From the human T2T-CHM13v2.0 reference genome, Homo sapiens: a DNA stretch of 64,000 nucleotides. Below the pieces are notes generated by a model that did not search any database, was not told the DNA's origin, and was given only the letters and a program-made list of their open reading frames with translations. How positions within the stretch are numbered: the first letter of the stretch is position 1; each line of letters starts with the position of its first letter. Position numbers and translations under genes: made by a program. Location: NCBI RefSeq assembly GCF_009914755.1, contig NC_060926.1; one strand, 5' to 3'. Shown here in pieces: positions 57,501 through 64,000 of this stretch.

Positions 57501-60500
57501 TGCATTCCCAGAAACTTCTTTGTGATGTTTGCATTCAAGTCACAGAGTTGAACATTCCCTTTCATAGAGCAGGTTTGAAACACTCTTTTTGTAGTATCTG
57601 GATGTGGACATTTGGAGCGCTTTCAGGCCTATGGTGAAAAAGGAAATATCTTCCCCTGAAAACTAGACAGAAGCATTCTCAGAATCTTATTTGTGATGTG
57701 CGCCCTCAATTAACAGTGTTGAAGCTTTCTTTTGATAGAGCAGTTTTGAAACACTCTTTTTGTAAAATCTGCAAGAGGATATTTGGATAGCTTTGAGGAT
57801 TTCGTTGGAAACGGGATTGTCTTCATATAAACTCTAGACAGAAGCATTCTCAGAAGCTTCATTGGGATGTTTCAATTGAAGTCACAGTGTTGAACAGTCC
57901 CTTTCATAGAGCAGGTTTGAAACACTCTTTTTGTAGTATCTGGAAGTGGACATTTGGAGCGCTCTCAGGACTACGGTGAAAAAGGAAGTATCTTCCAATA
58001 AAAGCTAGATAGAAGCAATGTCAGAAACTTTTTCATGATGTATCTACTCAGCTAACAGAGTTGAACCTTTCTTTTGAGAGAGCAGTTTTGAAACACTCTT
58101 TTTGTGGAATCTGCAAGTGGATATTTGTCTAGCTTTGAGGATTTCGTTGGAAACGGGATTACATATAAAAAGCAGACAGCAGCATTCCCAGAAACTTCTT
58201 TGTGATGTTTGCATTCAAGTCACACAGTTGAACATTCCCTTTCATAGAGCAGGTTTGAAACACTCTTTTTGTAGTATCTGGATGTGGACATTTGGAGCGC
58301 TTTCAGGCCTATGGTGAAAAAGGAAATATCTTCCCCTGAAAACTAGACAGAAGCATTCTCAGAATCTTATTTGTGATGTGCGCCCTCAACTAACAGTGTT
58401 GAAGCTTTCTTTTGATAGAGCAGTTTTGAAACACTCTTTTTGTAAAATCTGCAAGAGGATATTTGGATAGCTTTGAGGATTTCTTTGGAAACGGGATTGT
58501 CTTCATATAAACTCTAGACAGAAGCATTCTCAGAAGCTTCATTGGGATGTTTCAATTGAAGTCACAGTGTTGAACAGTCCCTTTCATAGAGCAGGTTTGA
58601 AACACTCTTTTTGTAGTATCTGGATGTGGACATTTGGAGCGCTTTCAGGCCTATGGTGAAAAAGGAAATATCTTCCCCTGAAAACTAGACAGAAGCATTC
58701 TCAGAAACTTATTTGTGATGTGCGCCCTCAACTAACAGTGTTGAAGCTTTCTTTTGATAGAGCAGTTTTGAAACACTCTTTTTGTGGAATCTGCAAGTGG
58801 ATATTTGTCTAGCTTTGAGGATTTCGTTGGAAACGGGATTACATATAAAAAACAGACAGCAGCATTCCCAGAATCTTCTTTGTGATGTTTGCATTCAAGT
58901 CACAGAGTTGAACATTCCCTTTCATAGAGCAGGTTTGAAACACTCTTTTTATAGTATCTGGATGTGGACACTTGGAGCGCTTTCAGGCCTATGGTGAAAA
59001 AGGAAATATCTTCTCCTGAAAACTAGACAGAAGCATTCTCAGAATCTTATTTGTGATGTGCGCCCTCAACTAACAGTGTTGAAGCTTTCTTTTGATAGAG
59101 CAGTTTTGAAACACTCTTTTTGTAAAATCTGCAAGAGGATATTTGGATAGCTTTGAGGATTTCGTTGGAAACGGGATTGTCTTCATATAAACTCTAGACA
59201 GAAGCATTCTCAGAAGCTTCATTGGGATGTTTCAATTGAAGTCACAGTGTTGAACAGTTCCTTTCATAGAACAGGTTTGAAACACTCTTTTTGTAGTATC
59301 TGGAAGTGGACATTTGGAGCGCTCTCAGGACTAAGGTGAAAAAGGAAATATCTTCCAATAAAAGCTACATAGAAGCAGTGTCAGAAACTTTTTCATGATG
59401 TATCTACTCAGCTAACAGAGTTGAACCTTTCCTTTGAGAGAGCAGTTTTGAAACACTCTTTTTGTGGAATCTGCAAGTGGATATTTGTCTAGCTTTGAGG
59501 ATTTCGTTGGAAACGGGATTACATATAAAAAGCAGACAGCAGCATTCCCAGTAACTTCTTTGTGATGTTTGCTTTCAAGTCACAGAGTTGAACATTCCCT
59601 TTCATAGAGCAGGTTTGAAACACTCTTTTTGTAGTATCTGGATGTGGACATTTGGAGCGCTTTCAGGCCTATGGTGAAAAAGGAAATATCTTCCCCTGAA
59701 AACTAGACAGAAGCATTCTCAGAAACTTATTTGTCATGTTCGCCCTCAACTAACAGTGTTGAACCTTTCTTTTGATAGAGCAGTTTTGAAACACTCTTTT
59801 TGTAATATCTGCAAGAGGATATTTGGATAGCTTTGAGGATTTCGTTGGAAACGGGATTGTCTTCATATAAACTCTAGACAGAAGCATTCTCAGAAGCTTC
59901 ATTGGGATGTTTCAATTGAAGTCACAGTGTTGAACAGTCCCTTTCATAGAGCAGGTTTGAAACACTCTTTTTGTAGTATCTGGAAGTGGACATTTTGAGA
60001 GATCTCAGGAATACGGTGTTAAAGGAAATATCTTCCAATAAAAGCTAGATAGAAGCAATGTCAGAAACTTTTTCATGATGTATCTACTCAACTAACAGAG
60101 TTGAACCTTTCTTTTGAGAGAGCAGTTTTGAAACACTCTTTTTGTGGAATCTGCAAGTGGATATATGTCTAGCTTTGAGGATTTCGTTGGAAACGGGATT
60201 ACATATAAAAAGCAGACAGCAGGATTCCCACAAACTTCTTTGCGATGTTTGCATTCAAGTCACAGAGTTGAACATTCCCTTTCATAGAGCAGGTTTGAAA
60301 CACTCTTTTTGTAGTATCTGGATGTGGACATTTGGAGCGCTTTCAGGCCTATGGTGAAAAAGGAAATATCTTCCCCTGAAAACTAGACAGAAGCATTCTC
60401 AGAATCTTATTTGTGATGTGCGCCCTCAACTAACAGTGTTGAAGCTTTCTTTTGATAGAGCAGTTTTGAAACACTCTTTTTGTAAAATCTGCAAGAGGAT

Positions 60501-63500
60501 ATTTGGATAGCTTTGAGGATTTCGTTGGAAACGGGATTGTCTTCATATAAACTCTAGACAGAAGCATTCTCAGAAGCTTCATTGGGATGTTTCAATTGAA
60601 GTCACAGTGTTGAACAGTCCCTTTCATAGAGCAGGTTTGAAACACTCTTTTTGTAGTATCTGGAAGTGGACATTTGGAGAGATCTCAGGAATACGGTGAT
60701 AAAGGAAATATCTTCCAATAAAAGCTACATAGAAGCAGTGTCAGAAACTTTTTCATGATGTATCTACTCAGCTAACAGAGTTGAACCTTTCTTTTGAGAG
60801 AGCAGTTTTGAAACACTCTTTTTGTGGAATCTGCAAGTGGATATTTGTCTAGCTTTGAGGATTTCGTTGGAAACGGGATTACATATAAAAAGCAGACAGC
60901 TGCATTCCCAGAAACTTCTTTGTGATGTTTGCATTCAAGTCACAGAGTTGAACATTCCCTTTCATAGAGCAGGCTTGAAACACTCTTTTTGTAGTATCTG
61001 GATGTGGACATTTGGAGCGCTTTCAGGCCTATGGTGAAAAAGGAAATATCTTCCCCTGAAAACTAGACAGAAGCATTCTCAGAATCTTATTTGTGATATG
61101 CGCTCTCAACTAACAGTGTTGAAGCTTTCTTTTGATAGAGCAGTTTTGAAACACTCTTTTTGTAAAATCTGCAAGAGGATATTTGGATAGCTTTGAGGAT
61201 TTCGTTGGAAACGGGATTGTCTTCATATAAACTCTAGACAGAAGCATTCTCAGAAGCTTCATTGGGATGTTTCAATTGAAGTCACAGTGTTGAACAGTCC
61301 CTTTCATAGAGCAGGTTTGAAACACTCTTTTTGTAGTATCTGGAAGTGGACATTTGGAGCGCTCTCAGGACTGCGGTGAAAAAGGAAATATCTTCCAATA
61401 AAAGCTAGATAGAAGCAATGTCAGAAACTTTTTCATGATGTATCTACTCAGCTAACAGAGTTGAACCTTCCTTTGAGAGAGCAGTTTTGAAACACTCTTT
61501 TTGTGGAATCTGCAAGTGGATATTTGTCTAGCTTTGAGGATTTCGTTGGAAACGGGATTACATATAAAAAGCAGACAGCAGCATTCCCAGAAACTTCTTT
61601 GTGATGTTTGCATTCAAGTCACAGAGTTGAACATTCCCTTTCATAGAGCAGGTTTGAAACACTCTTTTTGTAGTATCTGGATGTGGACATTTACAGCGCT
61701 TTCAGGCCTAAGGTGAAAAAGGAAATATCTTCCCCTGAAAACTAGACAGAAGCATTCTCAGAAACTTATTTGTGATGTGCGCCCTCAACTAACAGTGTTG
61801 AAGCTTTCTTTTGATAGAGCAGTTTTGAAACACTCTTTTTGTGGAATCTGCAAGTGGATATTTGTCTAGCTTTGAGGATTTCGTTGGAAACGGGATTACA
61901 TATAAAAAGCAGACAGCAGCATTCCCAGAATCTTGTTTGTGATGTTTGCATTCAAGTCACAGAGTTGAACATTCCCTTTCAGAGAGCAGGTTTGAAACAC
62001 TCTTTTTATAGTATCTGGATGTGGACATTTTGAGCGCTTTCAGGCCTATGGTGAAAAAGGAAATATCTTCTCCTGAAAACTAGACAGAAGCATTCTCAGA
62101 ATCTTATTTGTGATGTGCGCCCTCAACTAACAGTGTTGAAGCTTTCTTTTGATAGAGCAGTTTTGAAACACTCTTTTCGTAAAACCTGCAAGAGGATATT
62201 TTGATAGCTTTGAGGATTTCGTTGGAAACGGGATTGTCTTCATATAAACTCTAGACAGAAGCATTCTCAGAAGCTTCATTGGGATGTTTCAATTGAAGTC
62301 ACAGTGTTGAACAGTCCCTTTCATAGAGCAGGTTTGAAACACTCTTTTTGTAGTATCTGGAAGTGGACATTTGGAGAGATCTCAGGAATACGGTGATAAA
62401 GGAAATATCTTCCAATAAAAGCTAGATAGAAGCAATGTCAGAAACTTTTTCATGACGTACCTACTCAGCTAACAGAGTTGAACCTTTCTTTTGAGAGAGC
62501 AGTTTTGAAACACTCTTTTTGTGGAATCTGCAAGTGGATATTTGTCTAGTTTTGAGGATTTCGTTGGAAACGGGATTACATATAAAAAGCAGACAGCTGC
62601 ATTCCCAGAAACTTCTTTGTGATGTTTGCATTCAAGTCACAGAGTTGAACATTCCCTTTCATAGAGCAGGCTTGAAACACTCTTTTTGTAGTATCTGGAT
62701 GTGGACATTTGGAGCGCTTTCAGGCCTATGGTGAAAAAGGAAATATCTTCCCCTGAAAACTAGACAGAAGCATTCTCAGAATCTTATTTGTGATGTGCGC
62801 CCTCAACTAACAGTGTTGAAGCTTTCTTTTGATAGAGCAGTTTTGAAACACTCTTTTTGTAAAATCTGCAAGAGGATATTTGGATAGCTTTGAGGATTTC
62901 GTTGGAAACGGGATTGTCTTCATATAAACTCTAGACAGAAGCATTCTCAGAAGCTTCATTGGGATGTTTCAATTGAAGTCACAGTGTTGAACAGTCCCTT
63001 TCATAGAGGAGGTTTGAAACACTCTTTTTGTAGTATCTGGAAGTGGACATTTGGAGTGATCTAAGGAATACGGTGATAAAGGAAATATCTTCCAATAAAA
63101 GCTAGATAGAAGCAATGTCAGAAACTTTTTCATGATGTATCTACTCAGCTAACAGAGTTGAACCTTTCTTTTGAGAGAGCAGTTTTGAAACACTCTTTTT
63201 GTGGAATCTGCAAGTGGATATTTGTCTAGCTTTGAGGATTTCGTTGGAAACGGGATTACATATAAAAAGCAGACAGCAGCATTCCCAGAAACTTCTTTGT
63301 GAAGTTTGCATTCAAGTCACAGAGTTGAACATTCCCTTTCATAGAGCAGGTTTGAAACACTCTTTTTGTAGTATCTGTATGTGGACATTTGGAGCGCTTT
63401 CAGGCCTATGGTGAAAAAGGAAATATCTTCCCCTGAAAACTAGACAGAAGCATTCTCAGAATCTTATTTGTGATGTGCGCCCTCAACTAACAGTGTTGAA

Positions 63501-63976
63501 GCTTTCTTTTGATAGAGCAGTTTTGAAACACTCTTTTTGTAAAATCTGCAAGAGGATATTTGGATAGCTTTGAGGATTTCGTTGGAAATGGGATTGTCTT
63601 CATATAAACTCTAGACAGAAGCATTCTCAGAAGCTTCATTGGGATGTTTCAATTGAAGTCACAGTGTTGAACAGTCCCTTTCATAGAGCAGGTTTGAAAC
63701 ACTCTTTTTGTAGTATCTGGAAGTGGACATTTGGAGCGCTCTCAGGACTACGGTGAAAAAGGAAGTATCTTCCAATAAAAGCTAGATAGAAGCAATGTCA
63801 GAAACTTTTTCATGATGTATCTACTCAGCTAACAGAGTTGAACCTTTCTTTTGAGAGAGCAGTTTTGAAACACTCTTTTTGTGGAATCTGCAAGTGGATA
63901 TTTGTCTAGCTTTGAGGATTTCGTTGGAAACGGGATTACATATAAAAAGCAGACAGCAGCATTCCCAGAAACTTCT

Positions 63977-64000
63977 GGAATGTTCAACTGTGTGACTTGA
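63977..64000 (-). repeat. Alpha-satellite in inverted orientation (start of an inverted segment)
   Basis: GGAATGTTCAACTGTGTGACTTGA is the exact reverse complement of TCAAGTCACACAGTTGAACATTCC, which occurs on the + strand of several HORs (e.g. units starting 20402, 38402, 58102). Confidence 0.9.

Larger units (their letters stand above)
1..63976 (+). repeat. Alpha-satellite higher-order repeat array, 4-mer HOR of 679-680 bp; probably human chromosome 2 D2Z1 (SF2)
   Basis: Typical alphoid motifs (CATTCTCAGAAACTT, TTTGAAACACTCTTTTTGT, GATAGAGCAG) recur every ~170 bp. The same ORF start recurs at 679/680-bp steps (1373, 2052, 2732, 3412, 4092...). CENP-B boxes lie in every second monomer and most HORs have one XbaI site (AACTCTAGAC). 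Alpha-satellite identity is certain; the D2Z1 assignment rests on recalled HOR size and organisation (about 0.8 confidence). Confidence 0.97.

Noticed and set aside
640-61951. Minus-strand ORFs (MQTSQRSFWECCC..., MSTSRYYKK...)
   Set aside because: They appear only where satellite variants remove a stop or create a start codon. There is no coding evidence.
14-63414. About 90 near-identical 60-78 aa plus-strand ORFs (MWNLQVDICLALRISLETG...)
   Set aside because: They are translations of the satellite from TTG/GTG-type starts and recur at the HOR period. They are freely broken by stops and frameshifts and show no gene context. Useful only as variant markers.
1-64000. CRISPR-like pattern of a recurring TTTGAAACACTCTTTTTGT motif
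   Set aside because: The intervening sequences are themselves repeated monomers, not unique spacers, and there are no cas genes. This is the conserved alphoid core.
1-64000. Mobile element insertion (L1, Alu) or other non-satellite island
   Set aside because: HOR spacing is accounted for throughout by 678-680 or 337-338 bp steps. I saw no poly-A tail, target-site duplication or foreign sequence.
63977-64000. Terminal 24 bp as unique or foreign sequence, or a tRNA-like fragment (GTTCAA)
   Set aside because: It is fully explained as the exact reverse complement of the HOR sequence.

Overview
The whole window is primate (almost certainly human) centromeric alpha-satellite DNA: head-to-tail ~170-bp monomers organised as a homogeneous 4-monomer, 679-680-bp higher-order repeat (HOR). 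CENP-B boxes and pJalpha-type boxes occupy alternate monomers. This organisation fits a dimeric suprachromosomal family 2 array, most likely D2Z1 of chromosome 2 (recognised from memory, not searched). There are no genes; all ORFs are artefacts of the repeat. Shared single-base variants reveal layered structure: a near-perfect 8,835-bp (13-HOR) tandem duplication, 2,377-bp and 1,697-bp local super-repeats, dispersed block copies, 14 truncated 338-bp (2-monomer) HOR variants of two types, and 14 hybrid HORs often linked to a broken CENP-B box. The most notable feature is a strand switch at 63976/63977, where the last 24 bases are alpha-satellite in reverse orientation, i.e. a candidate inversion breakpoint. 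I see no evidence of a novel coding system.
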